From Oopsacas minuta (lineage: Eukaryota > Animalia > Porifera): 64,000 bases of DNA. The stretch is from contig JAKMXF010000332.1 in the NCBI GenBank assembly GCA_024704765.1, positions 918,984 to 982,983 of the forward strand, given 5' to 3'. A model generated the notes under the pieces. That model was given only the letters and a program-made list of their open reading frames with translations. It searched no databases and was not told the DNA's origin. Shown here piece after piece: positions 26,040-39,975 of this stretch; the stretch's first letter is position 1, and each line of letters opens with the position of its first letter. A program made the translations under genes and the position numbers.

Positions 26040-26250
26040 ATGATGCGTAATAATCCCATGATAAGCTAGCTTTTGGTTATAATTATGACGTCAGTGCATT
26101 TGTCCTGATGAAGGGCACCTGTGATTCAAATTCAAAGGTCTATCATGTATATTGACTCGACAGTAGGTAATAATGTGATTTTTCAAAAATCCAAAATGGT
26201 GACAATAACGTTGTAATTTCGTTATAGGTGTGAATTTCGTCCAACACTCG
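26040..26250 (-). repeat. Dispersed non-coding repeat family (other copies near 2030-2395 minus, 27170-27480 plus, 48357-48620 plus)
   Basis: Shared core ggcctggctcggacaagttcgagtcttggacgaaa-ttcacacc...aatcacaggtg...catcatgactgtacaaaa in the long copies; the 2-kb copy is partial. Confidence 0.75.
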
Positions 26251-26450
26251 AACTTGTCCATAGCAGGTTGCTCCTCGAGGTATACATTATTCTCCAAATT
26301 GACGGCCCCTTTGAGTATTTTAATATAGATATATTTAGGACAATGTAATTCACAAATATACCTATATGGCATATATATTATTGAATTATTTTGTAATTTC
26401 AACCCTTTGTAGCTGTGACAGCAAATATCTTTTGCTAATTTGTTCCTTTG

Positions 26451-26935
26451 TATTCATAAAAACAACAATATATTTACATATGAGAAATATGAAAATGCGA
26501 AATTCAAATTCAGCGTACTCAGTTATCCTTGTGTATCCGTTTAGAGCAAGCCTATTCATTAAACTACAATATAGTTACCTTCCACGGACAAACTAACAGA
26601 CTAACAATAATTGAGATTTAATAATATAGAAGTTGTTTACAATATCATATTCGGACTCAACACACTCGATTACTTCACTATACCTATTGAAACCATGTTT
26701 CTACCACAATTTTGAAATTTGTTTACTTTATATTCATAAAAACAACAATAAATTTACATATGAGAAACTTTAATGCGAAATTATGATTCAGCGTACTTAG
26801 TTACCCTGGGTAGCCGTTTAGAGCAAGCTTGTGCGGATATTTGAGATTTGAATAATTTATTTGTTTACTATATATTCATAAAAACAATAGTAAATTACAT
26901 ATGATTATCCAAAAGTGAGAAATTCAGCATGCTCG
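26451..26935 (+). repeat. Three diverged direct copies of an approximately 100-bp unit
   Basis: tattcataaaaacaacaat..atttacatatgagaaa...gcgaaatt...ttcagcgtact begins at about 26451, 26731 and 26873; the third copy is the most diverged. Confidence 0.7.
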
Positions 26936-29850
26936 ACACATTTAGTGAAGTTTTATTTGAATTCGATTTACTTCCTTGATAAACACGTATACCGTAAATC
27001 CTTTCCTTGACAACGGACAAATAAACAAACAGACAAACAAGAATTGAGGTTAAATATTATAAATATACAGATTAATTGCTTTTGAATAATAGAGATGTAT
27101 GTATGTACGTATATATTTATATATATACATGTTTGTATGTCCAGAATTGATTAAAGAACTAGCGGACCCCCAAGGCTGATTTTTGGCATTCAGGGGTATT
27201 TGGGCCTGGCTCGGACAAGTTCGAATCTTGGATGAAAATCACACCTATGACAAAATTATGTGGTCATTGTCACCTTTTTGATTTTCAAAAATCACATTAC
27301 TCGCCACTGCTCAGCCAATAAACATGGAAGTTTTAAATTTTAATCACAGGTATACCTCAATATGCCAAATATCCTGACGTCATCACTTTGACCAAATGCT
27401 AACTGGGGATAATTATATGTCATCATGACTGTACAAAAGCTCTAAATTTCCCTAATTTCGAATTTTTGAGAATTTTATAAAGCAGGCACAGTGGGTTACT
27501 AGAGTGAATTCTGCAAAATTTCTTAAAATTGATTAGCACGTGAAATATTATACGCATTCATTGAGGAACATATGGAAATTGTATGCATCGCTCATTTTTC
27601 TGTTATTATGGATATCAGATTATATATTTGGTTATAGAATAGGGCTATAAATATATATTTTAAAAAATTATTAATTGGTAACCCATCTGGTTTAAAATAT
27701 TCTTCAAACTATGGAGATTATGGGAAATTTTCTAGTTTCCAGTGTGAAATTCCACCCTAATCTATTGCAGTATAGCGAAGTTATTAAACTATATACATAT
27801 TCGCAAACTAACTATGTAAAACAATACCTAGTCACTTGGGCTAAAATAAAATATTTCAAGTTTGATTTAAATAATCCAATTATATAGTCTCTATTACCTA
27901 CTATCAGTCAAAAGAAACTAAAGAAGTGATTAAAAACAAATATCTAGTGAATATATGCCGCTCTAACTGATGGTTGAGAGGGGAGAAAGTCGGATGCTGC
28001 CCTGTTATTCATTATTGCTATAAAATATTTTAAGAAAACACGAAAAATTTAATTCAGAAAAATGTGAAATTTCAAAAAAATGTCAACAGGTTCAGATAGA
28101 AATCGAAAGATGGTCACCGTCGCGTAATTTCGCGCTCCCCTGGAAATTATGTTAAATTAAAGCTAATGGATTTAGCTTTCATTTAAAACATTAATCATTT
28201 GCCCACGGTATATTTCTGCACTATATCTACAAAATACAATTTGTCCTAACACGCCGAAAACTAATGGAAACTATTTTGCGAAATTTCTTCAGTACTGAGA
28301 ACCAAGATACATGAAAGAAATACATCTAAGTGCATATATTCAACATTGAAATAACAAAATTTGCTTACTGTCACTTTACTACAATTACACTTGTGTGGGT
28401 ACTACAAATATTATGTGCTATTTGGCCTCAATGAATATACATTCCATTAGAGCAGAATTACTCAACTATCTGATGACATTGAAGTCTCTAAATTTGTCTG
28501 ACTATGTTTTAGAGGGTGGGGATTTAGTTAAAACAAAATTATTCAGATCTGTATACATCAAAATTTTACCCTTATTCCATTCATTTGCCCACTGCACTAC
28601 ATCATTATAAGGTTGAAGTCTCATTAAATGATATCATAATATTTACATGCTCAAATAGATAATTAATTACACACACCACCTTATCCTTTTGTAATAGCTG
28701 ATCAATTATTAATTCGTAAAACCTTCTTGACCTGGCTTTCATATTGGAAAAATTGACTTTGATATCCATCTAACAGTTCAAGAAATAATATCAGTCCTCA
28801 TTCTTGAGGAAGATTGGAAACTTTTGTATTCTCGATGGTCTATAAAATTTCTAAGAGCTTCAAGAAAAGTAAAAAGTCAGTAAATAAACAAGACGGGAGT
28901 GGTGGGGTGTTAATATTCCATGAAGGATTGTGAAACCTCAGGTTACCAGTAAGCATATTCGCTCTGGTATTGATTTCGAATTCAAAATCGAACCAGAAAT
29001 TGAGAGGAGAAAGTCCTTAGACGAGCTTCAAATCAGGTTGGATCAGATTGGGATATTAAGTTCTATCCGCCAATAAGCATCACTTGAAAATATTCCAGTT
29101 ATTCCGTATATTGCAATGCTCTAGTATATTGTAGCAATTAAATCTGGTTGAAATATATTGCAAACATTGCCTGGAAAATCTATACTGGAGAAGAATTAGA
29201 ATATGTAATGAGAAGGTTTCCCCTTAATGTTACTTTTATAGATTATTATCTTAAACTGGGAAGGATCAAATAAACAGAGCAGAGGCATTATCTTAAATCT
29301 GATGGTGTAAATCTGTCTACTTGGGAACAAATTCCCTTGTTCAGAAACTCTATTGCTCTATTGTACCAACATTTAATTGGTATACAAATAATTCAAACCT
29401 TTAGGTATTTATCATACATCTCTCATGTAACTTCTCTCTTTAATCCAATAATGGAAATGTGACAACCCAAGTACCAGCACCACACTGTTATCCTTTAAAT
29501 TTCCAAGTAAAACATGGGGTAGATTGTTCCTGAACCCTTCTTCATCTAACCTCCTTTCTGACTGGAATATTAACCGTTCATACACATAATTTTCATATTA
29601 CCACCGATTTAGGTTTCGGAACTTCTGGGAAAATTGACATCTAAATTCAGCCTTTTCCAATCAACCAGTTGCATTAATTTGTCGAAAAGAGAATATTGAC
29701 TTAGTAACAGAATTGTATCACTTAATCAACTCTGAAATCGGTTCATTTCACCATAATGGTTTTGATACCACAAATGGTCAACTCAATAGGTCGATTATAG
29801 CCTCAATATTCGATGGAAGATCATTGTCAGTGATGACATGAAAGGGTGAT

Positions 29851-30560
29851 CAGAGATTCATACAGGGGATTGTAGGGGGGGCAAGTGCCCCCCCTCGAAA
29901 AAACCCACTTAAACAAAGAATTTTTAATAAATTTATTTAATATACAACAAAGAAACAGCAAGTCTATCAAATTCATCTAAACAACAATACGTCTTGGTTT
30001 ACTGTTCTAAATGTCAACGATTTTTCTAGATCAGTTTCCGTAAGCTCATTCAGTGACTCTATTGCTATTTTCATGTGATCAGATAGGCTGTCTAGTGACA
30101 GCTGGCTCCTTACTCTTGTCTTTATTTGTTTCAATTGTGAGAAACTCCTTTCCATAGAAGCAGTGCTCACAGGAAGAGTAGGGCATATTTCTCCCAGCTT
30201 GCTTAAATTTGGATAGAATGCTTTAATCGCATCGTTGATTACAAGTTCCTTTAGTTGAATAGTCATGTCATCCCGCGTAAAGTAGCAAGAAACTTCTTGT
30301 AACTTGTCCACTCTGAATGAAGATGGCTCGAAATGATTCTCTAGTACATTCTTCACCACTTAACTTTTCAGCAGGCTTCTCTGTGCCATAGTGGGCAAGG
30401 AGCACTTCTACTTAGTCTTTTCCATCAGAGCATAATGCAGTGGATTCAATGCTCGCAAACTGAATAGATTATAAAGGAAGAGCAGATGCACAGCTGTAGA
30501 TGAAGCGAAACGCCTCTCAATATTATCTCGAAGATGACAGATGAAATTCTATCTGGACCT
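29851..30560 (-). mobile_element. hAT transposon 3' fragment (ZMYM1-like, hAT dimerisation domain)
   Basis: ORF 29973-30359 reads YPNLSKL...LPVSTASMERSFSQLKQIKTRVRSQL. An hAT-like terminus cagagattcatacagggg sits at 29851. Confidence 0.75.
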
Positions 30561-30949
30561 GTTGGCATTTTTTGAAATTTCACATTTTTCTAAATTTCCC
30601 TTTTTTTGATTATTCTTAAAATACAATCGGCGTTCAGAAAGTTCCCGACCCTACCCCATATTTTTGTAACTATACAGAATATGCATGTACCATTCTTATA
30701 TTTTCTCGAAATAATCACCATTAACGTCTATGACTCGTTGTAGACGTTCTAGCCATTTAAAAGAATACATTTTTATAGTATCCAGGCGGGATGTATTTTT
30801 TTAGGGATCTCCAAATTGCGTTCCCTAGGTCGATTCTGGTATCAAAATGGCTGCCTGCAATGTCCCTTTTCAACTTTGCAAAGAGCCAGAAATCACAATG
30901 AGCGAGGTCAGGTAAGTAAGGGGTGATCTAGCTCAACAACTTTCATTAT

Positions 30950-31800
30950 ATCCAACTCTGACTTTACGAGCTTGATTTTATGTGATCGTGCAATAATCGC
31001 ATGCCCCGCAGTCCAAACTTTGGCCTCCGCCCCCAGTAATGTTTATCTACTTCTGAGAGGCAACTGTTAGCATAAAGTCCCCGGTAGTTGTTTTCCTTTT
31101 GGTATTATAATCTGGGCAACTGGGCCATGTGCATCAAAGAAAATTGAGTACATGACCTTCTGATCTTTGAAGTCCGGCCTAGGATTGAGAGGAGGCGCCT
31201 CACCTTTTACGACCCATACCTTATTTCTTTCTTTGGATAGTGGCTCGTCGTATCTTATCCAAGTCTCGTCGCCAGTAATGATTTCTGCTAGCCATCTTGG
31301 ATCCTAGTATTTTTACTAGAGAGCATTTACTTGCACAAGTTACCCGACGGTCTTTTGGTCCTTTGTAAGGAAATGCGGTATCCATCTAGAACAATTTTTG
31401 CTAACTTTCAGCTCATCGATAAGTATGGAATGAACAGCTCCCGTTAAGATCCCTACACTCATAGCTATTTCCTCAACAGTGATTTGAGGATCTTCTTCCA
31501 CTCTCCAGCGAATTTCAGAGGTGTTACTGCTAGTGACGGCGGATCTGAGACCCCCGATTCGTTCCTCATCTTCCAGTGACTCTCGTCCTTCAAGAAACTG
31601 ATTGGCCCACTCCTTCACAATAGGTTATGGAAGGCTAGCATCTCCATTAACGATTTCCAAGTCAAAGAGAATATCTTTCGGGGCAATAACAAGAAGCGGG
31701 GGAATTTTGATATAGGATGTTTGCTCGAATTTCAAATTTGAAACCATAAATACTGGAAAATACAAGATTAGTCATCAGAAGTAAATTGCATATTCTTGCT
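30950..31800 (-). pseudogene. Mariner (SETMAR-like) transposase fragment
   Basis: Reads W..QFLEGRESLEDEER.G...SRWIPHFLT.DQK, then IITGDETWIRYDEP. The 3' part is truncated. Confidence 0.8.
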
Positions 31801-31949
31801 GAATAATGACAAGTCAAGTAATGAATCTAATTGTAACACCATTCATTAAGTTCTTTAATAGTCATTAAAAACAACGTTATATACTTTATACCAATTATTC
31901 AGCCCCAAAATGTATTTTACAATAACTTCAACTTAATTAATGGCTAGTA

Positions 31950-33822
31950 GAAGATTCCCAAAATACAAGAACACTCCAATATTCCAGATAGTTTAGATGA
32001 CAAATTCAAAGCGAAATGTAAATATTGCCATGAAGAGATTTCAGGTTCTCTGAGGACAACAACAAACTTTATCAATTACATAAACGTTGCCATTCAATAA
32101 AGTATGAGGAATCCATTAGTCAAAAAGAAAAAAGACCGAAATTCAGCAGAAAGTTAACTTACTAGCCAAATTGGCTAAAGAGTATCCATCTCATGTTTCA
32201 CATCAATATTATGTTACAGATGAACTTATAAGCTTTGTCACTGGAGATCTGATGCCACTTTCGGTGAGAGAGCCAACAAAGGTTTCGCAATCTTATCTTT
32301 AAGTTAGTTATCAAATACCTAGCAGAAACCGTTTGTCGACTAAGCTATTAACAGAAAGCTCCAATGAGATACAACAACCACTTTTGAAAAAACTTGGACA
32401 AGTTAAAAGTATTGCTCTCATCACTGATCTCCGGTCAAACAGAAAAATGAAGCGCTACATAGGTATTACATGTCACTCACCTTTAACCGTCAAATAATTT
32501 ATAGTTGTGTGTCACAGGTTTTTAGGGAGGCATACCGCCTGTAATATTAATGAAATATTCCAGGAAATCATCGCTTCATTTAAAATACAGAATACAATCT
32601 CATCTATCATCACTGACAATGCTTACAGTATGGTGAATGCATTCAGCAACTTTGCTTGGATTTGTATGTCAATAGGAGGAATCCGATAATAGTGATATCA
32701 AGGATGATAATTCATTGAGTCAAATTTCCTGCTCTGCTTCCACCAGTTCGCAATTCTGGTTTCGCACACCCTGCAGCTGTTGGAAAAAGATGGTATTAAT
32801 AATGCTGATGTATTCACGTTGGCTATTTCAAAAGTATCTCAATTATATCATATATACACACTTGCATTCCTGCAGATATACCATTAAATGAAATCGGCCA
32901 CCGTCAAGTGTGCCCACTTGTTGGACTTCACAAATCATTATGATTAAATCACTTCTCTAGTTAGATATAGAAAAACTAAACACTCAAAACTGCAAAGTTA
33001 GCATTCTATGAACTCAACTCCTTTGGGGGATTTGCTTAAATTCTTTCTCCTTTTGGGGAAGCAACAAAGATTGCCTAGATTGAGAATGTAGTATCCTCCA
33101 GTTGGGTTATCCCATGCATTAGAGGCTTGCGAGTTCAAATGGTGACACTTTGCCGTAAAATATTCTAATGGCCATTTAAGAGAACTTACAGATTCACTCG
33201 AACGTCGCCTTTCTAAGTATGAATCTGGGGATATATACAAAATAGCTAGAACACTAGATTCTAGATTTAACCTTGAAGTGGTGCAAGGATAGAATGGCAA
33301 GGATCTCATAAAAGGTTAAATTTTTGTTTAGAGGGTTGAAGTTTAATTGAACAAGTATACCGTACCTGTGATATTCGAATGTCAGGATGAACTACCAATG
33401 TAAAAAGAACAAATTGACTTTTGTTTATGGAATCAGATGATGAAGAAGCAGCATTTACATATACTGATGAAACAGAACTGAGCGATTATCTCAACAAACC
33501 TAGCGTTCCACTAGTGCTGATGTTGCTGAAAATTGCTAAATATTTTCGAACCAACAGTTAGAGTTTGTGGTATGTGTTTTAACGACTTTTCAGTGTCGCT
33601 GGAAAGATTTATCGCCCCGATAGATGTAATCTATCTGGCAAAACTTTGAAACACTGATATTCATTATGGGCAACATGCAATAGTTAGTAATTTAGCTTTA
33701 TAGTTGTGTTAATATAATATTTGAAACAGGTAAATTGAATTTGATAAAGAAAACTATGTGTACTTAAGTACTTAACCTGACTTGTACTTAAGTACTTGCA
33801 AAAGTGCTTGAACCTAACCCTG
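31950..33822 (+). mobile_element. Decayed hAT (Ac/ZBED1-like) transposon
   Basis: Broken-frame motifs LITDLRSNRKMKRYIGITCH, RFLGRHTACNI, IITDNAYSMVNAF, (F)SHTLQL and LDSRF. Right terminus ...gaacctaaccctg with repeated gtacttaagtactt subterminal units. Confidence 0.75.
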
Positions 33823-34501
33823 CATCCGTACTTTCAACTGTATCTAAAAAACGAGCAAATTTTATATGACGATTTTCTAAAATTTTCTAAAAATCAAGTT
33901 TGGAGCCAAATATTCTCAGTACAAGCAAGCTTACTTGCGTTGCGCGGCATGCGGACACTTCTTATCAATGTGTAGCAATTATATTCTTAAAGATTTACTA
34001 TTGGTTATATACCCCCATGCATGTCAAACATTAATACGACTTGAAATGCCTGTTCCACTGTCACTATATACCACATTAACCTTATACTTATACTTTTTTA
34101 TAATGTTCAAATTTTCTACTTAATGATATTAAGTTTATCATGCCAATTAAACTACTTAGTATGGGGCTAACAATTCGTACATATAGGCATAAATTTCCAT
34201 GCATATACTTGTTTAACAAATTGGCATTTGAAGAATTTTGCGAAATAGGAAGTATTGAGTATATTTTGCATTTATTAACCTGTAATATATTATTTAGAAA
34301 CTGACTTAGAAAATATTATAATCCAAGCCATACCTAATGAACTATCTGAATAGATGCCAACGTGTCTTGATCTATCAGATTTAATAGATTACCAATTGGG
34401 ACACCTATCAGATTTAGGCTCTAATGCTGGTACTTACATTTTGGAGAATCGAATACATGTATTTGAAGAATAATTTAATAATGAATAATAGAGTAAATAT
34501 A

Positions 34502-35805
34502 CAGGGTGACACATAAATACTGTTACAAATATAAAAGGGCTGAAAACAAAGACTATTGGAGCGATCGTTCTGATATTCTAAATTATGTTTAGCTATACTA
34601 TAGGGTTGAAAATTAAGAAAGTATTACTCAAATATATCGCCTTTTGCCTTAATGCAGCTCTTCAGACGGATGATGAAGGAGTCTACACTGGCACACACAT
34701 GCTCATCCGAAATCTTTGACCACTCTCTTAATAATGTACTCTTAAGAACCTCAGCTGAACGATGAGGTGTAGCGTTAACCCTCTCCTCCAATATGGACCA
34801 TATAGAGAAGTCGAAGGGGTTAAGGTCTGGCGAACATGGTGGTCACTCTTCGGAAGAAATGACCCCGGGAAATTGGTCTTGCACCACTTTTGAGTGGCTT
34901 TAGCCTTGTGAGCTGGGGCAGAATCTTGTTGGTATACCCATAGGTCGTTTCCAAAATGTGATTGTGCCCAAGGCTTCAAAACATTCTCAAGAATTGATTC
35001 TCGATAAACCGATTGGTTGATTTTCACACCTTGGGGGATAAATAGCAAAGGTGTCCGACCAGTTGCAGTAACCCCGGCCCATACCATCACTGAAGCTAGT
35101 TTCTGCGTTATAGAGATCCGGAAAGTAGATTCAGGCAAAGTACTCTTATCGGTGCTAAAATCCTATGATACCTTGGTTAGGACCTGCTGAACAGTAAATA
35201 TTTTCTCATCAGAGAAAAGGATCTGCTTGTGTGGACTATTGGTGAAACTTGAAAGCATGGCCTTGCATCTTTCCACTTCATACTTTTATTTTTGGCTGTG
35301 AGGAGTTGTCTTTTTTCATTTTGTACGCTTTCATGCTCAAATCATTACAAACAAGCCTCCGCATCGATTCCCTGTTTGTATTTGTTTCAATGGCCATTTT
35401 TCGGATACTTCGGACAGGATTTCGTTTAATCAGTTGTAGCACCCGCTTGGTCAAAGAAATTGTCCGTGCAGTACGTGAACGGCCAGGTCGTGGTCGGTCT
35501 AGCACGTTCCTGTATCAGCAAACCGTGACAAAGTTCGCGAAATAAACATCCTATTTTAACTGAGCAAAGAGGCAATTTCACTTCTGCATTTCCGGCCCTG
35601 AATAACTCAATAACAGCTGAACGACGAGTCTCCATTAGAAAAATGTTGAAATTATAAAACTTCTAAGTGAGATATAGCTGGTGTGATTTATTGAGATAAA
35701 TAGATATGTAGTACAATATATTGGATAAGTTTCAACGCTATTGAATTATATTCATCTACAATATGGTAGTTTTAAAAGTTATAACAGTATTTATGTGTCA
35801 CCCTG
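34502..35805 (-). mobile_element. Full-length Tc1/mariner element, DD37D (maT-type), inactivated
   Basis: Perfect 24-bp TIRs cagggtgacacataaatactgtta with TA TSD. Reads METRRSAVIELF...FSDEK...VMVWAGV...QQDSAPAH...SPDLNPFD, with 37 residues between the last two Asp after repairing one frameshift and one stop. Confidence 0.9.
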
Positions 35806-36004
35806 TACAGATATTGTTATAGATAGACTGTTATTAATGCTACTATTATAAGTTAACATTTATATTAAGTGAAGTGTCACAGGATGGTGTTTACACTCGT
35901 AATATCCTTGATAAGATTAGGCTTCTAACATCTGGCTACATTGGAAGGCCTCTCTTTCCTTGGCTTTTCTTCTTCCCGGTCTGTTCATCGATTTCTTTGG
36001 TTTT

Positions 36005-36878
36005 TCATTTCAGAACCTTGGGGGCCATTGGTATACAGCGACAAAATGCCGCTCCCAGTAGAGTAACAGACCTAATTGGGGCGAGGTTTGGGAGCCTGTG
36101 TTTACAGCATTTGAACCTATAATTACTCTGTTTTGTTAGAAACGGACAAACATGGCCAATAGCAAAAGGTGGGGTTCAGGGTCAGGGCCTTCTGAGTGTT
36201 TGGGCCCGTGTTCTGCTACCCTATGCTCAAATGGGATATTATTCATTAATAGGACGTAAGGTATTGCAGAGACACTAATATCAACTATAGATCGATAAGA
36301 TTTGCAGTTTTTGAGCTATGGCTACTATATGACAAAATGCATTTCCTTAGCACCCAGGTATGTGATTACATTCTGATCATGTTATCGGAATTCTTCGAAT
36401 CACTACATTAATTCATCATATTATATACCAATCAGACATTACAGATGTTGAAAACAATGTAAATACACTTTAGAAGCTTGCATTTGTTGTACTAAAATGC
36501 ACATTCAGCGACCACATGATGATTAATTACATATTTGACTACATATATATTTGTATATACTTTATACTACGTTTCGTTGATAATACATTCCTAAGGGCTA
36601 TCACACGTATTTTCAGTTTATCATCCTTTACATATTTCTACTCTTCAAAAACTGATTTCTTATTTTTAACCATGATTCGCCAGCATATTTTGCCGTATTA
36701 TAGTATAGCATGATAGATACTCGTGTATTGATACGGGCGCTCCCTCCGCCCCCAATGGTACCCCACTGCTGGGTGGAGGATCGGGATTACTTTTGCATTC
36801 AGCCTCAGCAGAGCCGTACTCAAGTAGATCTTCATCATTTATATCGACTTCAATGTGTTGTTTATCAGCCTCAGCCAT
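36005..36878 (-). CDS. Tentative short spliced gene of unknown function (putative exons 36878-36721, 36220-36152, 36116-36005)
   Basis: GC-richer, acidic/Pro-rich ORF MAEADKQHIEVDINDEDLLEYG... ends at a GTATCT donor. Downstream AG/GT sites keep the phase. No family was recognised. Confidence 0.3.
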
Positions 36879-38930
36879 TTTGTTCTAGTTTTTGATATTT
36901 TTAACAATAACAATGGAATTTTTATACTTGTGGCCAATCCTCAATAGTTGCTTATTTATTCAAGTGGCATTTAATACTATTGTGATAAGATTTATTACGA
37001 ATTTGGTCTATTCAAATTAACCTGGGGCCTGGAGTAAACCTTAAAATACTTTAGGTCAATATTGGATTGTTATATTTTGACACATTATTCAACTGCTAAA
37101 GTCTTTGATAGTGATATATCTGTATAGCAATCAGGGTTCTGCTGAAAGTCTGTGAATGGATGAACAATTAGATTTCTTTGGAAGTCTGATGTCTGTTAAC
37201 AATTCATGTATTTTACATTGCAAAACTAAGACTTTAAGTTTTTATGAAGAATGCAACTTACTATTTTTAAGAGGATTTGTGTCTTGATTCCTTTATCAAT
37301 TAGTGTGTGGAGCTATTTACATCAGTTTTAGTATGTTGGAGTAATTGATATATAGAAATTATATGGTGATATATAAGTTTAGATTACCCTGTTGTGACTA
37401 TCTCACCTATCTGTATATTTGAGTTATCTAGCAATTCAATACTTTACTATTATATATCATGTTACCAAGGGTTGCTTTAGATTATTTGAAATCTAGAAAA
37501 AGGTATATGCAAATTTATTGGTAATTCTACTTGTTTTTTAATTATAAGTACAGAATCTACTCATTACTTACCTTATTCATATGATTTTTCTTTTTGGAAT
37601 TGCATTTCGTTTCCAATTCATCTCTTTCCATGGTCTTCTCCAAAATGTAAATAGGTATCTACAGATAAGAGTAGTGATATATTGATATTATAAATATTTT
37701 TATTGATTTTGGGGCGCAAATTCTAATCGAAGGATGGTACTTATCAAATTTGTTTATTTATTTTGATTTGTTGGGAATTTATGTATTTACATTGAGACTT
37801 ACATTAAACATCAATTTGATCCAGAGGACTTAGTTCAAGTTGGATAAGTCTCCATAAGGTGACAAAAATATCTGCACATTGGGAGCCATAACAGGAAGTA
37901 CTCCTTCTCTCAACCTGAGCCCAAAACAATCAGAATCTGATTCCAAAATGATACTTCAAATTGAAATTGATTGAAAAGAAACAGCCTGTACTGTTATTTG
38001 GCTGATGTAATATAACACACAGCTTCTGACCACCATATCCTGGGTTGCATTGTTTTGGTCAGTGATTTGTCGTGCAAGAACGCGATCCAATGGTGAGATC
38101 ATTATGAGTAGAATTAATGACTGATACATCTTTTTGAGCTAGCGCTCCTAAAATATCTTATCCTAAAGTAATTCACCATTCATCCTGCAATATAATGTAG
38201 TCCGAATTGTCATTAAATCCTGTTTAAACGTAATAACTGACAAATACTAAACGTACTGCATTACGTTTAGTGTATCTTCTTTAGTTTTCACAAATTTCAC
38301 CAATAAGTTTCAATTGGTTATACAATGTCTCTTTATCGAAAATGATATGAGATAAGGTTCGGATGAGCAATTAAGGTAAATAGCATTTGGGGTAGAGGAG
38401 GCAGTTGACTGCCCGCATTTTGAGCGTTGCTCATCTCCCTATTGTATATTGATTTAAGGAGTCATTTTCCGAAAACTGAGAGGGCTCTGCCCTCTCAGTT
38501 TGAAAAGAGTCTTTACTGTGGCAATAGCCCTGAATGCGGGCTAAATGGGACCAAAATGACCACTTAGGACTCATCAATATCAAAATTACAATATTTTAAT
38601 GAGCCTATCCAAAATTGGTACAATATAATATTTCATGTTTAAAATCGCACAAAAACAATTTCTAAGTTCACTGTTCAGGTTGAATAACATCTAATATCTC
38701 ATTATTTGCAATAAAAATATTTGGCTTCACAGACATCCTTGGACCAACTTTTCACTCCACTGAACAGGATTTATTACGTAGGTCATGACGTGTGTTACAA
38801 GTATAGCAGCGGTACTTAACTTTTTTGCTCAATTTTCCCCTTCGCCAATAGGCGGCAAAATACACGCATGCATGACATACTTTATTACAAGGCCTGTTGT
38901 GTGACAGATTTAGTGCCATGACAGTCGTAC

Positions 38931-39509
38931 TACTACCTCTATTACTGGTACCATGGATACTCTATACTCATGACAGAGTTACTACCTTACATGACAGAAT
39001 TATTATCCTTTGATCATGACATGAAATCTTATAACTCAACTCTTAGCTCTTATCACACTGATGATCATGTGTTTTAATGATTTTTTTGTTTCTGCTCTAG
39101 AGTTATATTACATAACTGGGCGTAAGCAAGATACTTTTACATTTTGTGTGAATTGTTTTATGTTACGTATTTTTATATAGAAATTGGACTGAGTTCCTTG
39201 TGTCCTGATGATCAATTAATTGTCTAACGTATCTGTTGTAATTCATCAAATTCATATTTATTTTAGAATATATATTGTTATCATATTTAGTAAAAGTAAC
39301 AATTTCGAAATAAATGAAGTGAGTAGACATATTGCTATTAAGAGCAGAAACAAAGAACCCATTGAAAATGCATTATTATCAGTGTGATGAGAACTAAGAG
39401 TTGAGTTATACGATTTCACGCCATCATCAAAGGGTAGTAATTCTGGCATGTAAGGTAGTAACTTTGTCATGGATTTAGAGTATCTATGGTACCAGTAATA
39501 GAGGTAGTA
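38931..39509. mobile_element. Inverted-repeat (foldback/MITE-like) element
   Basis: Arms 38931-39013 and 39427-39509 (tactacctctattactggtacca...gttactaccttacatg) match closely but imperfectly. Confidence 0.7.
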
Positions 39510-39549
39510 AAACTGGTATGGTAGTAAATCTCATATGCACCAGGCCTTA

Positions 39550-39688
39550 ATTCTGACGTCGGTCACGCATACGTTTTATTTGGGCACCTTTTGTCGTAAT
39601 GCGTCTAATATTTAATCCGATTTGTTAAAAATTTGACGCATTTCGGCTAAAGGCGCCAAAATAACGCATGCATGACCGACGTTAGAAT
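39550..39688. mobile_element. Small MITE
   Basis: About 40-bp imperfect TIRs: attctgacgtcggtcacgcatacgtt versus attctaacgtcggtcatgcatgcgtt. Confidence 0.65.
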
Positions 39689-39975
39689 ATATGCTGTGAA
39701 TATTGTCTAAATCTGAAACCCGCAAACCTTATCATTACAAATTTTGATATTTTCTCCGCGAACATTCCTAGATCCCATTGTATACAATTTGAAACTATAA
39801 GTCTAATAAATTTCTCAAAAGGACAGCTTTACATTGGAGCATTTAAGGGCTTAATTGCTACTTAAGCAAGCCAAATGGCGTCATTTCAGCATGGACATAG
39901 TTTATAGATATACTGTTTGAATTGTTAAAGTACCTATAATACATTTATTCGGATCAAGATGTATCAGAATTCCCT

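Noticed and set aside
28600-29830. Possible L1/Tx1-like LINE 3' remnant
   Set aside because: Only scattered weak motifs with no consistent frame or orientation; not supportable by eye.
36721-36878. Calling the orphan exon UAP56/DDX39 because of LLEY...VSIH
   Set aside because: The splice phase forces Glu or Asp after VSIH, and no SGFRDFLLKP or helicase exon was found downstream on the minus strand.
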